A stretch of DNA of 64,000 nt, from positions 63,860,001 to 63,924,000 of the forward strand of contig CM060731.1 in NCBI GenBank assembly GCA_030704615.1, in the 5' to 3' direction. Below the pieces are notes generated by a model. It did not search any database and was not told where the DNA came from. It was given only the letters and a program-made list of their open reading frames with translations. Shown here in pieces: positions 11,553-23,961 of this stretch (positions are counted from its first letter, which is position 1; every line of letters begins with the position of its first letter). Origin of the DNA: Takakia lepidozioides (lineage: Eukaryota > Plantae > Bryophyta). A program made the position numbers and the translations under genes.

Positions 11553-14355
11553 CGCGGTTGATGAGGAGGCTCGTGAAGGGGACGGTTTGGGTGGAGTGGG
11601 GCTGCTTGAAGATCGTTTTGCAGAAGTAGGTTTGGCTGCACCAGGAACTAGCACCGACACCTCTCGGTTGAATCGTGGGGAGGAGACAGCCTTGAACTCT
11701 GCAACACTGCCAAGCCTACTCCCCCTTTGCGAACCCCGTTGTGCCGTCTTTGCTCTTTGCGGTTCTCCCCGCTGACAAAGGCACCTCGCCTGTCAACGGG
11801 AGAAAAACAATTCCAAAACCCCGTTTTTCAGCATTTGCCTCTTCCTTCTTTGCTCATCAACCTCAAGAAAAATGTCTGAGAAAAGACATAGACCTTAAGA
11901 GAGATCAACTGCTAATGTAGGGGTAGGCTGATCTAGTAAACAATAAATCAAAACTCGAGATTTTGCAAACATCATGAGACAAAGAAAGACATGATGCAGA
12001 AGGGATTACACCCAGTATAAATACAACAAGCTCTGGAACTTGTAAGCATCTTGAGATTGAGTTCCAAGAGTAAGAAAACTGCACAGTATCCCACGATTGA
12101 TGAGGAAGTTTGGAGGAGGTATAACCGTAGAAACCTCCTCAAATCTAGATCTCAAAAGCTGACGCTTCACTTCTCTTCTTCAACGTTTTAAATTGCGGGG
12201 GGGAACCCATTCCATGCATAATTGTCACGTCTTTCCTTTCTTATTTCTCATCACCACCATTTTGCATGAAACCTTCAACCCATCGTGTCTTTTCATAGTT
12301 TCCTACCTCTACAAATCTAGAAAAGAGACATTCATACATTATCACATTATCGCTATGCTTTCATCCACGACTCTGGTGACATGAAAAATTCGTGGCTCCA
12401 ATTCATGGCCAAGATGTATAATCTCTATCATGGGTAGGACCCCACATCCGAGTGGCCTGATGACAAAAATTTGGTCCTCCATCTCTCCATTTCAGTATGC
12501 AATTGTAGGGCTCAAAGTAGATCTAGCACGTGAAACTTTTCCTAATACGATCCATCAAGGATATCCAACAACATCATTATTATTGGCATTTTAAAAGGCC
12601 AACCAACATAATGATCCATGGTACATAAAGAAGACTCAAATGGATATCCTAATTTATTGCTAGTCAATTATGGTGACAATTATTACCCATATTATTATTG
12701 CTCATTTGATTGAAATATAGCCTTTGACACAACAACGATATATCTACCATTATATGTTATTTTTTGAACCCATGGAAGTTCTATTTAGCAAGCAAGTTAT
12801 CGAGGTCCTATTGCATTGGCGGTAAAAAAAAATAACAATGACGACTTTTGCCCCGGATCATAATTCAAGTATTGAGGTCCTATTGCATTGTGGATAAGAA
12901 AAATGATATATATTTTTTGCCACAGATCATAATTCAACTATCGATGTCCTACTGCATTGTCTAATACCAAATAATACTTGGTTGTAGAGAAAAGAACAAG
13001 TGAGAAATGTGTTGGGTAGCAAATGTCGTGTTGCTTCCATATCTTTTTGCACTGATAATGTTTAATTATAAAATCTGATTAGATGTGAAGTGGATGTCCA
13101 AAACAACAAATTGCTAATATAACATGCAAATATTGTCTCTTTTATTTTTGTAAGTAATTACATTTGCCCAAAGTACGAAGTGTGAGTACGTTTCATCAAT
13201 TGTTCTAGGCATTCGAAAACCATACAAGCACAATCTATCCAATGCATTACTCAACACCACAATAATGAACGCATAAATGCTACAAAAAATGATAAACCAC
13301 AACAACATCTTTCATAGTTTGAAATTCATAATTATCGCGCATTCCATGTACACATATGTCAAGAAGTCTTGACTCTTGGAATGAAAATATATATGTGCAT
13401 GCTAACAATAAATAAATACATAAATATTATATACATACGTATATACATGTGGCTAAGAAGTTAGAACAGATACGGTAATTTAGTCGCTCCCAAGTGTTTC
13501 TCTTTTTTTAAATAAAAATAAAATAGTGTTAAAAAAATAGAATATGAACTTACAATCCATATGTCACAAAATACACGCCCGGACGAAGACCGTGTATTGT
13601 TCTCGATACAAAACACTCATTTGACGTCTTTGTAAGTGCATTCATAGAAAAATCTCTTAAAATATTAACTTAAACTTCATCTCTTGGAGCCACACAAAAG
13701 ATTATATAATTTTTATGCCCCAACTGCACGCACCTCGCTCCAATGCACCACTAAGCTGGATAGTGTTGCATGTAGTTTTGTTGATGGGTAATGATTCATT
13801 ATCTCACCCATATTTTATAAATTGCCGACCGAGAGCTTGGTTGTTGAAGCCTATATGTACTACAATTTAATTTGCAAGAATAATTTGGCAAGGAAGTGCA
13901 CACAGTTTACTGAATTGTCTATGCTAAAATCATAATTTGAATCCATCTATATTAATCACTATCAATGATTGTGGTCATTGGTTTATATTCCTAATATTAA
14001 AAAACAACCCGTCGACATTAAAATGAAAAATTAGAATCAATGAGCAAGATAGAAAGAGGGGTTGAACTTATTCTCAGAATGAGCACAACAGTAACTTATA
14101 CTAATCTCTTGCACGAGGAGGAAACTTTCCTTCCGAGCTCAAATAGTTCAAACAATGCAAGACAACGACACAAGAGGGACACAAGAAACAACAAATATCA
14201 AACCCCGCATCCGTTTTAACTTGAGCAACAGGACTTCCATCCCCTTTCATTTCTTAAAAAAAAAATCAAACCTAAAGAATGACAATGAGGTGAATGCAAT
14301 GCTAATATATATAGAGTTTAATAGATTCTACCAAGACAATGGAATAAAATGCATT

Positions 14356-15660
14356 TTTTTTTAACGAGAATGGGGGACAGTGGCCCTGGATAATCTATTT
14401 ATAATTATTGTGGGTAAAAAAATTAAAACCCCGAGAAGGCCATAAGGCACACTCACTGGAACAGTGAATAACGATCCAATCCTCAACATCAGCGTGTTGA
14501 GACAACAAGGGGTTTCCCCTTTCACAACAACCTATACAAGACGATTTCTTGTGTAGCATGACAGAGCCTTAATGCTCAACTCTCAAAGTGGAGATGCAAC
14601 TAATGCATCTATCAAAGACCAATGCTCGACTTTCCTGAAGCAGAAGTAATTAAATTATCTGTAGTGAAGTCTCGAGGCAACGGTGGAAGTCTTGAGGTGC
14701 TTCTAGTTCACCTCACGGTCGAACTCGGGGGATGTTGTGGAGGAGGGAGCGCAAGTCTCTCCAGATGGGGGGAGGGATGGGATTCCACTGACACCATTTC
14801 CCCCCCAGCTGTTTTGTGTATGGCTGCTACACTCTTCCGATGCTTTTCGTGATTCAACACCCAGATCGTAGAAGACATTGGTAAGTAGAGATCAGCTGAC
14901 AGTAGATGTGTTTCCAGAGAATAGTTTTTTTCATCTCACCTTCCAAAGATGCCACAACGTTGAGCCTCTAAGAGTCTCAAATACCTGACAGCAGAGAGAT
15001 CTTGCCTTGGTACGTTTATCATAGTTAAGGAGCAGGTCTAATATGGAGAGTGATCTACTGTCCCAGTTTAGATAGAATGCTTTAACTTTAGGCCACACTT
15101 GAGCTGGTCTATGACAAGAGAATAGGCAGTGTTCTATAGACTCAATGATTCTAGACGAACAAGAATCACAAAGAATGGCCATTTGGAATTGCAGCCACTC
15201 CCTCCCCAACGGCAATCGCTAAAGCGTGAGCAGAATCCATGAGCAGAAAATTCCGTGAGCAAATTTCTGCTCACGCTTCAGGATCTGCTCACCTATAACC
15301 GCAGACACCTATTCGGCTTAGAGGACGTATTACTACGGGTAGTGTCCAATATAACATGCATATTAATTCATCGTTATGGATGAATGACGGATGAATGATG
15401 GATGAATGGAAAATTAAAAAGCATTTTTCAGTAGTGGTTGCCGAATTCCCCGAGCTCCAGAGTGAACCTGTGCCAACTGAGGAGGGTTGTGGTTGTCCTT
15501 TTACCAAGTATCCTAAGTCAAGATAGATGCTCACACCCAATTGCAAAGAAAGTGGAGAGGCCATTTGGTGCTTTAATAAAAATTGTTTGAAAACAGTAGA
15601 TTCATTCCGACGAAAAATATCCTCTGCTACTGGAGTCAAGTGTCCAAAACGAAGGCACAA
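14356..15660 (-). mobile_element. Degenerate LINE (L1-like) 3' fragment
   Basis: ORF 14931-15215 has a zf-RVT-like pattern (CDSC...ESIEHCLFSC...VW, LWHLWKVR). A T-run at ~14355 could be the tail. Confidence 0.6.
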
Positions 15661-15855
15661 CTGTCTATGAAGAAACTAGCCCTGCTCTGCAGAAAACCAT
15701 CTTTGTCGTAAAGCACAGGAGGGGGAGATGAGATAAGACTAAATCGCCTGCTGCAGCCTCCGCATAACATGACAACTCAAAATCTGTTTGCAAGTTTTCC
15801 AAAATAAAAAGCAAAAAAAATTGAGTCCGATTTTTTTTCCCCCCCCAAATGTGCT

Positions 15856-16377
15856 AGATTAAGGTGTCGTCAACGACACCTTAATCTGGCTACTCTTCTG
15901 GTGTGCTATTTGGGGTGAATGACATCTACAAATTGCTCGGACTACATAACTTATGATTCGTTGTTATGTCCCAACAGGGCTGGGAATTAAGATGTCGTTG
16001 ACGACACCTTAATGTCTGCTTCCCTACACAAAAAAAGTCTCCCCTATGGTTTTTTCCAAGGGACATTTTTGTTTTGGGGAGATATTCATGGGTTCATTTG
16101 TCATGTGCTGACAGGGGCTGCGATTTAAGCTGTCGTTGACGACAGCTTATTGCCTGCTTCCATGCGCATGCTGATCCTTGAGGATAGATGTTGTTGCAGT
16201 CATCCAACGTTTTTTTTTTTTTTTTTTTTTTTTTTTCCCGAATGTGCCAGATTAAGGTGCCAGATTAAGGTGTCGTCAATGACACCTTAATCTGGCTGCT
16301 CTTCTGGTGTGCTATTTGGGGGTGAATGACATCTACAAATTGCTCGGACTACATAACTTATGATTCGTTGTCATGTC
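15856..16377. repeat. Array of four ~30-bp palindromes spaced ~130-137 bp
   Basis: AGATTAAGGTGTCGT-CA-ACGACACCTTAATCT at 15856, with variants at ~15987, ~16125 and ~16260. The sequence following unit 4 duplicates the sequence following unit 1. Confidence 0.85.
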
Positions 16378-17603
16378 ATTCTTCCTGGTGACCAAACAAA
16401 AGTACACGAGGGCTCCAAGAAACGCTGACGCCGTAGCTGTGTAGGACTTAGTCATTTCAACTTTTTCTCTAATGCGCCCGCTAGATAGCTAAGTTAGGCC
16501 AACCACTATCAAGAACTGCAAAGTAGTAGGCTTCTTGATTATTTCTTAGACAACCCGATATTTTAGTTATGACTAAACAGAGTGGCAGAACCCATCGTGA
16601 CTGCTTCCTGTGGGAGTGGCCGAGACATAGAATCGGCGTCATTGTACTTCCAAACAACGGAGCGTGTGCGAAAGGCGCAGAGGAGGGAGGAGATGTTGGT
16701 GAGCGCTTCCAGGGGAATAGTTGGAAAACACCTGGTAAACTACAATCGAACTTAGTTGAGGAGGAAGGATACGTGACACAGCCCGAGAATCGCCCCTCCA
16801 TCGCCGCCGGATCATAAAAAAAAACACATTGAAGCCGGAGCTGTCTACGGAAGATGTGGAAAATGGTGAACGTGGCAAAGACGGTACTATCAAGCCCGAC
16901 AGTGAAGCTCGATCAAGCAGTCAAGATAGCAAACAGCCTGCCGGGCCATGGGGAAGGCTTGAGGTTGGGGCAAATTGAGGATGTAGAGAGTCAAGAACAA
17001 CACGCAAGCAAGGTGCAAGTAGAGTTGTTCTTCTTTTATTGTTTCTCTGCGGGAGTATAATACAACTCTTGGGGAGCGAGGATGCACGCCATGGCAGCAA
17101 GAAAGTCATGTTCTCGTCCTTGACAATACTAAAACCAGAGAACAAGATCATCCTAAAGTTGGCTTGTGCATCAGAGTACAGGAGCCAGACAACGAGATAA
17201 TCCCGTAATATTGCATAGACTAAGCCAGAAAATAGAATATCATGTGGAGGCAAGAGAATTGAAGAGTGCCATTGCTAGGAACGAAGCTGTTATGAATTTG
17301 GTTGCATGAGCTTTCTTGTGCCTCCAATTGAAAACACCATCCTCCCCATCACCACGGGACATCCCATTCATTGGGAATGGAGCCTTTCCAGCTGAAACGC
17401 ATGAGATGACATTGTCTTGCAGATTGTCAGCTGATTGCCAGGGCTTGGAGAGCGGTGATAAATTTCTATTCTAAATGGAACTCTCTCCCAAAACCCCCTC
17501 CCTCTTCATTGCTTCTCTTGAATTGGTTGCTGACTAGCTCACAATGCACGTGTCCAGTCTGGGCAACACTAAGGGCTCACACTTTGTGGACACCTCTAGA
17601 AAG

Positions 17604-18410
17604 TTAGGTGTACCTTTGTGTATGAGGAAATCCCTCTAGGGTAGGTCTATTCTGTTTTGCATTTACAGTGACATGCTTACTGAGGGTAGGAAAGCCTGGG
17701 GAACCTTGTGTGCAGTTGGAAATAATCAATTCAGGTTGGGTCCGACACATGGCAAATTGTGAATTGTTAAGCTGCGTAGCCAAGTTAATAGGCAAAATTC
17801 TGTAGGCTAATTTCCACAAAAAGCCAGATATTTTTGCCGCTCTAGGCTTCCTCCATATGTCCTTCCACACCTTATCCCAATTTGCTTGGCTCAGAGCCAG
17901 GTGTTCCCATTTTGAAGTCCATTTGGACAGAAAGGACACGTTGGGTCTCAATAGCATGTAGCCCAACTTCACCGAGTATGCAAAGAAAGGCGAGTGGCGC
18001 TCATCCATCCGGCTCCACTCGTCAGGGCCAAATTGAAGAGTAGCTAGGGGGTAAGACATGAACCAGTTAAAGGAAGAGTGCAAAGCCCACTGAATTTCCT
18101 GATCTAATGGTGGGAGAGGGTTAGCATTACCCTTCCCATCCACCACTCTGATAGGGAACAAGACACTCTTACTAATTTCCGCAGTGCTTGTTAGCTGCAG
18201 GTTGCCCTCTTGGTCAACAACGAAGGCAATGCCCGAGGCTGTGGCTCTATCCAAAGCGAGTACCAAAATGGCTGTGTTCCCACCACTACTCGTAACCATC
18301 CATGCTGATAAATTCCATGAGCGTCCTTCATCTCTTAGTAGGGGGAGCATATAGTGAGGCATTTCAGCCAGCAGGGAAGGCCACGCCTTAGCACGCCTGG
18401 GATTTTGAAT
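17604..18410 (-). mobile_element. Degenerate LINE ORF2 fragment (region upstream of zf-RVT)
   Basis: WDKVWKDIWRKPRAAKISGFLWKLAYRILPIN is typical of plant L1 ORF2. Confidence 0.65.
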
Positions 18411-18412
18411 CA

Positions 18413-18443
<31 letters not shown>

Positions 18444-18464
18444 TATATATATATATATATATAT
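18413..18464. repeat. (CA)n(TA)n compound microsatellite
   Basis: Read directly from the sequence. Confidence 0.95.
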
Positions 18465-20184
18465 CTGATAAAGGGAATGAAGCCCCTATATTCTATTTGA
18501 TGAGGGGAAAAATTCAACTTATTTTGTTTTCAATTCATAAAGGAATCCCTTGGGGGGTGTCCCATGCAAAAGCCTTCACGGCGAGGTTACTCTGAAAGAG
18601 GTTATTTTTTCCTCTCACTATAATTAGGAAGACAATAGGAATAATGTAAGAACTTAATGGCGTGCGATCTGACGGTACTTTCGCTGTTCCGGAAGCCTTA
18701 GCTCCTCCGGCAGGGGCTGTCAAATCCTCCCCACCCCTCTTACCTCGGTTTTAGCATTAAATACTTAAGAATCCCAAATGGTTTCATGATGTGGAGGGTA
18801 ATGTGATGGTAAGGTGATAGCATTGCAAATGGCGAAGGTCCGAGTTTGATTTTTGATGGAAGGCTCTTGTAGCGTAACCTGGGCAACAATGTCCCAACCG
18901 GTGTAACCCTCTGGTTACCCCAATGGTTACCCCAGTCTCTTGTGCAATTCTTCTAATCCATTTTATACTTAAGGTAGTGCCATCTAGAAGTGTGCGCAGC
19001 CTTATTATGTCCCCTATTTTTGATGAATGAAGTCACTCTTTTCATCCTAGTATTATGCACTTTTGTAATGGAGGCGATTCAAGGTTAATTATTGCTTTGG
19101 AATAGGTACGATGTGTGGTGTTTTGGAGTACAAGGGGCTTATTTAATGGTGCATTAGTGAAGCTAATTACACAGCAGCCTATTGATTCTTATTTCAAATT
19201 CCTAATTTATTTTTGAACGTGGAGGCGAGTGTTTTGGGACAATGGCCAATTAATAGAGTAGCCAAGCATCAATGCAAATAGGATGCATGGTGCACCTTAT
19301 ATAGTGTTACAATGCACACATTTTTATTATGCTTCCGTTGCTAAGGATGGCGGAAGAATGGGAAATGAGGGAGTTGTGGAGTCTTCCAACTGTGTCCATG
19401 GCCATGTAGGAGGAGTTGTAGGTCAACTCATGGCATACTTAAGGGTCCTACTTGGAGTTGTATATGGTCAGATTTTGCACAGGTCGTCATCCCTGCAAGG
19501 AAAGTTATGGGTCCTTCCATAAGTAGATGTGCGCAATTCCGCGTTGGGAGACCGTTACTTTTGGACCCACACATGGCTTAGTTTTGCTAATTTTTGGGAC
19601 AGGTGTAGGTGCACATCTTGTGCACTGGGGGCAACTTCACATATCAAGGAGGTTTATACGGCATTATAGGATGGACCTACTGAGCAGTAGTGGGATAATA
19701 TGTACTTTGATTTTGATAATTCATATATAATACATCCGTGATTGGAAAATTATGTGCTTTACACAAATGATTGTTGCTTCATTTGCTATTCTGCTCATAT
19801 AATTTTTGTGACACTACACCCTATGAGGAGTTGCACACTGCTTAAAAGCACACTTCAAGATACCACTACCTTAGAGCATCTCCATCCTTCTCACTGAAAT
19901 GGCCCCTCTATGTGTATTTGGGAAGGGTTGGTTCAGGACTCTGGAAAGGTGTGTGAAGGGGTGGGCTGCTCGTAGCTACACCCTTGCCCCTCGTTACGCC
20001 CCTGTACCCTATGTTCCCAGAGTTCCCAGTGATGTTCTCAATGCTCCCAGTGTAACCCCAAGTGGAGTTTACACTCCTTCAGTTCCATATCAAAGGGTGG
20101 GGAAAATTGACATGCCGGAAACCATACCATCATGTCATAGTTTGCACGTTGCATTAAGTTGTACATTATTCATATTATCATCCA

Positions 20185-20407
20185 TTTTTTTTTCATAAAG
20201 GGAAACACCTGGGAGCGACAGCTCACAAATCAGGCCCCTTTTAATAGTTAGAGGAGAAAATGACCTCTTTCACAGTAACCCCGCCATGAGGCGTAGGAAC
20301 GGGCACCACCCGGGAACCATACCACACCCGTCAGTAGCAAGATTTGACCCCAGAATCATCCAGGTGGCACTCCGTGTACTTAACCAACTGAGCTACTGAC
20401 TGTTGGT
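20185..20407 (-). mobile_element. tRNA-derived SINE
   Basis: The minus-strand head has an A box (TAGCTCAGTTGG), a B box (GGGTCAAATC) and complementary GTCAGTAG/CTACTGAC ends. There is an A-tail and a probable TSD ATCCRTTTTTT. The body core recurs at 18572-18628 (+). Confidence 0.7.
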
Positions 20408-22929
20408 ATCCGTTTTTTATTGAAGAAACAACAGAACAATCAGAGAAGAGGTCATCCTGCCTACTCCAGTGTCTCATTCATCCGGGCTGCATCCATCCAC
20501 AATCATTGCTCGCAAAGTTAGGGGGCCGTTTGGCTGGGACCCACGAAATTTGGCTGCGCTGCTAATTTGGTGGCCCACGTTCTGCTTTGAATGGACCCAC
20601 TGGCCAGGTTCTGATTGTGCGGAGGTGCGAGATGAAGACGACGATGAGGGGCAGGTCGAGAGCTCCTCCATTGTTGCCTCGCTTTGCGCTGCTCAACCCA
20701 CTGGCACGTTTGTGTGCATCCTGCAGAATTGATGTCTTGCCCGCGTCCTGCATGCCAACTGCTCGGTAGGTAGTCGCACCGCAGCGACTGTAGCTGCTCG
20801 CCATGAGAATTTCTGAGCTGAATTTCCTCGCGGATAAGTTGAGAGAATGGAGGGAGAGTCAGCGGGAGTCCACTCTTGCTGGAACCTGGAGTCAAACGGA
20901 TACTGTACCTGGAGAGTCTTCAACCAGATGACGAAGACAAATTCGTCATCTACATACTCTTATTGTCACCCCTGCAAAATGAAGATTATGCAACGTAATC
21001 AGTTACTCAGAGTAAGTGGTGGGGAGGAAAGCGCGTAGATTACATGGTGGGATGATGAGCTTGCACACCGGCCTTGTAGTTAGTAATGAGCTGTGGCCCC
21101 GTACACAGTGTGGGGGATGGTTGTGGATGTGTACATACAGTGGGTGATTGAGCAGCTGCTGTTGTGTCCGTGGTACCCCTTGGTACTGTATCGGATGGAT
21201 GCACACTTGCGTCCAGCCACCAGCGCTGCACCTACCTTCTTGCTCATCCCCGCCTGCTTACAGCCAGGCGCTGATAGCTCCCTTAAGTTGTTGTATACTA
21301 ACAAGCATTCCATGATTCGATCCACTTGCTTTCTTATAACTGCTCTACCTTCATACAAGATGCTGGTGGGCACTTGATCCTGGCTGTCACTCTGTTAACA
21401 AACTTTACTTTACTCTGTCTAAGTTGTTTCACACTAGGTTTGGTGTGTATATAGGTCTACTGTGGAGTCGGTGTTTGCTTGCTTGTCGTCTTGCTGACAT
21501 GTACGTTGGTGCTTTGCTGACCGACCAACTCTCCATCGCCATGCCGGCCGCCCTCTACCGTCACGCTTGCTGCCCTGCTTGCATCACCTACACAGAAAAC
21601 AAACTGCCCATTGCTGATATAACTTACTTGGATCTCGGTAAGCTTTGATAATGCTGAGGACTCCGAGGTGCCCACAAGTTTGACACGATTTGTGATCTAA
21701 TTGTTCTCCCTGCAACTGTGAAATGATCCCGCTGAATCCCGAGGATCAAAGATATTTTAAGCTGGAAAGGGAGTTATGAATGCCAACATGACCGTTTAAG
21801 AAAGGGAAAAGAAAAGCAGCCATATCCCAATAATGGGGTGCAGAGCTGACAGGAGGGTGGCAGGCTGGCTGGCCTAACCGTGGTTCGAGCCTGTCACGTG
21901 GGTTGAAACTTGAGTGAAGCAGAAGCGGCTAAAGGGGAAGGAGAGAGAGATGGAGGAAGGGAAGAGGAGAGAGGACACAAGCACCTGCACACACTGCAGG
22001 GCTATGATCGGTCCGACTGTCTCGGACAGAGGCTCGCTTTGAGTGGGGACTGACACTGACACTCTCCTTTCCTTTCTTTACTGATCTGCATTTCTTCTCT
22101 TCCGCATAGTGAGGTGCAGTGTGCAGACTGATCCACATGCACCTCTGCACGACAGCCAGCCACACTTGGGAGTCCTGAAGTAGGAGTCGGAACCGTTTGT
22201 GGGTGTTGGTCTTTCTCTTGCTCGGAAGTCGGTCTGAATCTCTCACTCTGTGGGACTTGTGGGCTTTCTGAAGTGTGTGGTCGTCTGGAGTACGATGCGT
22301 GGGATTGTTAGTCGCCTCTCCCCGAGAAGTGAAGCTCAAGGTTGGCTCTAGGATTCATCGAATGGTCTTACGGCTCTGAATATTCATGACAAGCATCGTT
22401 TGCAATCCTTTGCTAAGAGAGGACAAGGATATCAGCGTCGTAAATCTTCCTATCCCTGTAGCTGTGCTGTTTCAGACGCTGCCGATCAATGCAGCTTGTC
22501 ACCGTCAGTGCTATCGCTGGTTGCCACATTTGTTTCTAGCCTACTCGTCCTCTTACAACATGTCAATGTAGTGAGTGCATCGACTCACATATATTGCTGC
22601 CTGACCGTCGAGTGTTCAGTGGCATTCCCTTCTCTTTTGATGGGAAGTCTGTCTTAGCTGGGGCTTCGTGCACGAGTCTGTCTATGGGTGTTTAAGAGGC
22701 AATGTGTGCTGCAGAGACATTTCTTAACCATCGGATATGCTGGGCCCCCGGGCTGTGATATTCCTTGAGCTCGCTGTCTGCAACCTGTGTACTGGTTTAT
22801 GATGCTCCGAACAAATAGATTCCTACACACCCACCCTGGTCTATGAGGTTTTTTTTTTGAAGCTTTGGGAAAGCTTCCTCAAGCGGCCTCTTCACAACCT
22901 GGCACAGAGCTCGAGGTTCCGAGGCCGAG

Positions 22930-23961
22930 ATGGCAACAGTGGGGATAGATGTATCTCAAGGAAGCATATGTTCGGAGCTATATCTGTCTTTGGAGCTGAA
23001 TGGATCCGATCCTGGGATGTGTGAGAGGCCGCGAATACTATCAGTACTGTCGTCCCTTCTTGATCAAGTGGTTGCACGGAATGAGACGCAGGTCCTGGCA
23101 GTGAACCACAGCATCAGTCCACACAAGTCGACTGTGTTTCACGGTCTCCGTGCCCCCACAATAAGCATCGAGAAGTACTTGGAACGGATATTCAAGTATG
23201 CCAACTGCAGCCCCTCATGCTTCGTGGTTGCTTATGCGTATATCGATCGCTTCATCCATCAGCAGCCGGGTATCCCAATCACGTCTTTGAATGTCCATCG
23301 CCTCTTGATCACCAGCGTCATGGTGGCCGCCAAGTTCCTCGATGATGCGTAAGTGCCTCGATGCCGTAGGGGAGTAGACAGGACTATTCTATGACAGACG
23401 TCTCCTCTTTGAATACTGTCACTGGATTTTCGCTATCTTCGACATACACGAGGGTGAGGCTTGCTGATGTTAGGAACACTGGGAAGGGCAGGCGTTTTGA
23501 TTACTCTCTGGTTTGAACTTAGTCTTAGATCATGCTTTCGCAGTCCTTAGGCTGCCTGAAGTCTTGGAGGGGCTTTTGTTGACTCGAAAGAGGTTCAGTG
23601 GATGGCAGTTTCAGATTGAGCCTGTGAGGATGTCATTTGAAGGATGGTGATTCTGACTTGTGGGTTGGCAATGGCATGCAGGTACTACAACAATGCGTAC
23701 TATGCAAAAGTTGGTGGGGTCACAACAGCGGAAATGAACAGATTGGAAATGGAGTTTCTGTTTCGGCTGGATTTCAGGTTGCAGGTGACAGTCACTGTTT
23801 TTGAAAGCTACTGCTCCCATTTGGAAAAAGCAGTAGCTCTTGGTGGTGCCTACCATATTGAGAGATGTCTACAGTTTGGATGTGGCCTGGATGGAGGCAC
23901 TACAACAGTGAAGGAGCAGAAGCAGAGGGTTGCCGTGAGGTGTAGTTATGGTGGCTTGTAA
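22930..23961 (+). CDS. CYCU: P/U-type (PHO80-like) cyclin; exons 22930-23348 and 23682-23961
   Basis: [57 protein letters not shown] and [12 protein letters not shown]. The GT-AG intron is phase-consistent. Confidence 0.95.

Noticed and set aside
12795-12960. Three ~71-bp degenerate repeats (GTCCTATTGCATTG) upstream of PDC
   Set aside because: An ordinary minisatellite with no evidence of function.
15856-16377. CRISPR array
   Set aside because: Eukaryotic context, ~100-bp spacers with one duplicated, mixed repeat orientation and no cas genes.
20469-21700. Cluster of overlapping short ORFs upstream of the cyclin
   Set aside because: No recognisable domain or consistent exon chain.
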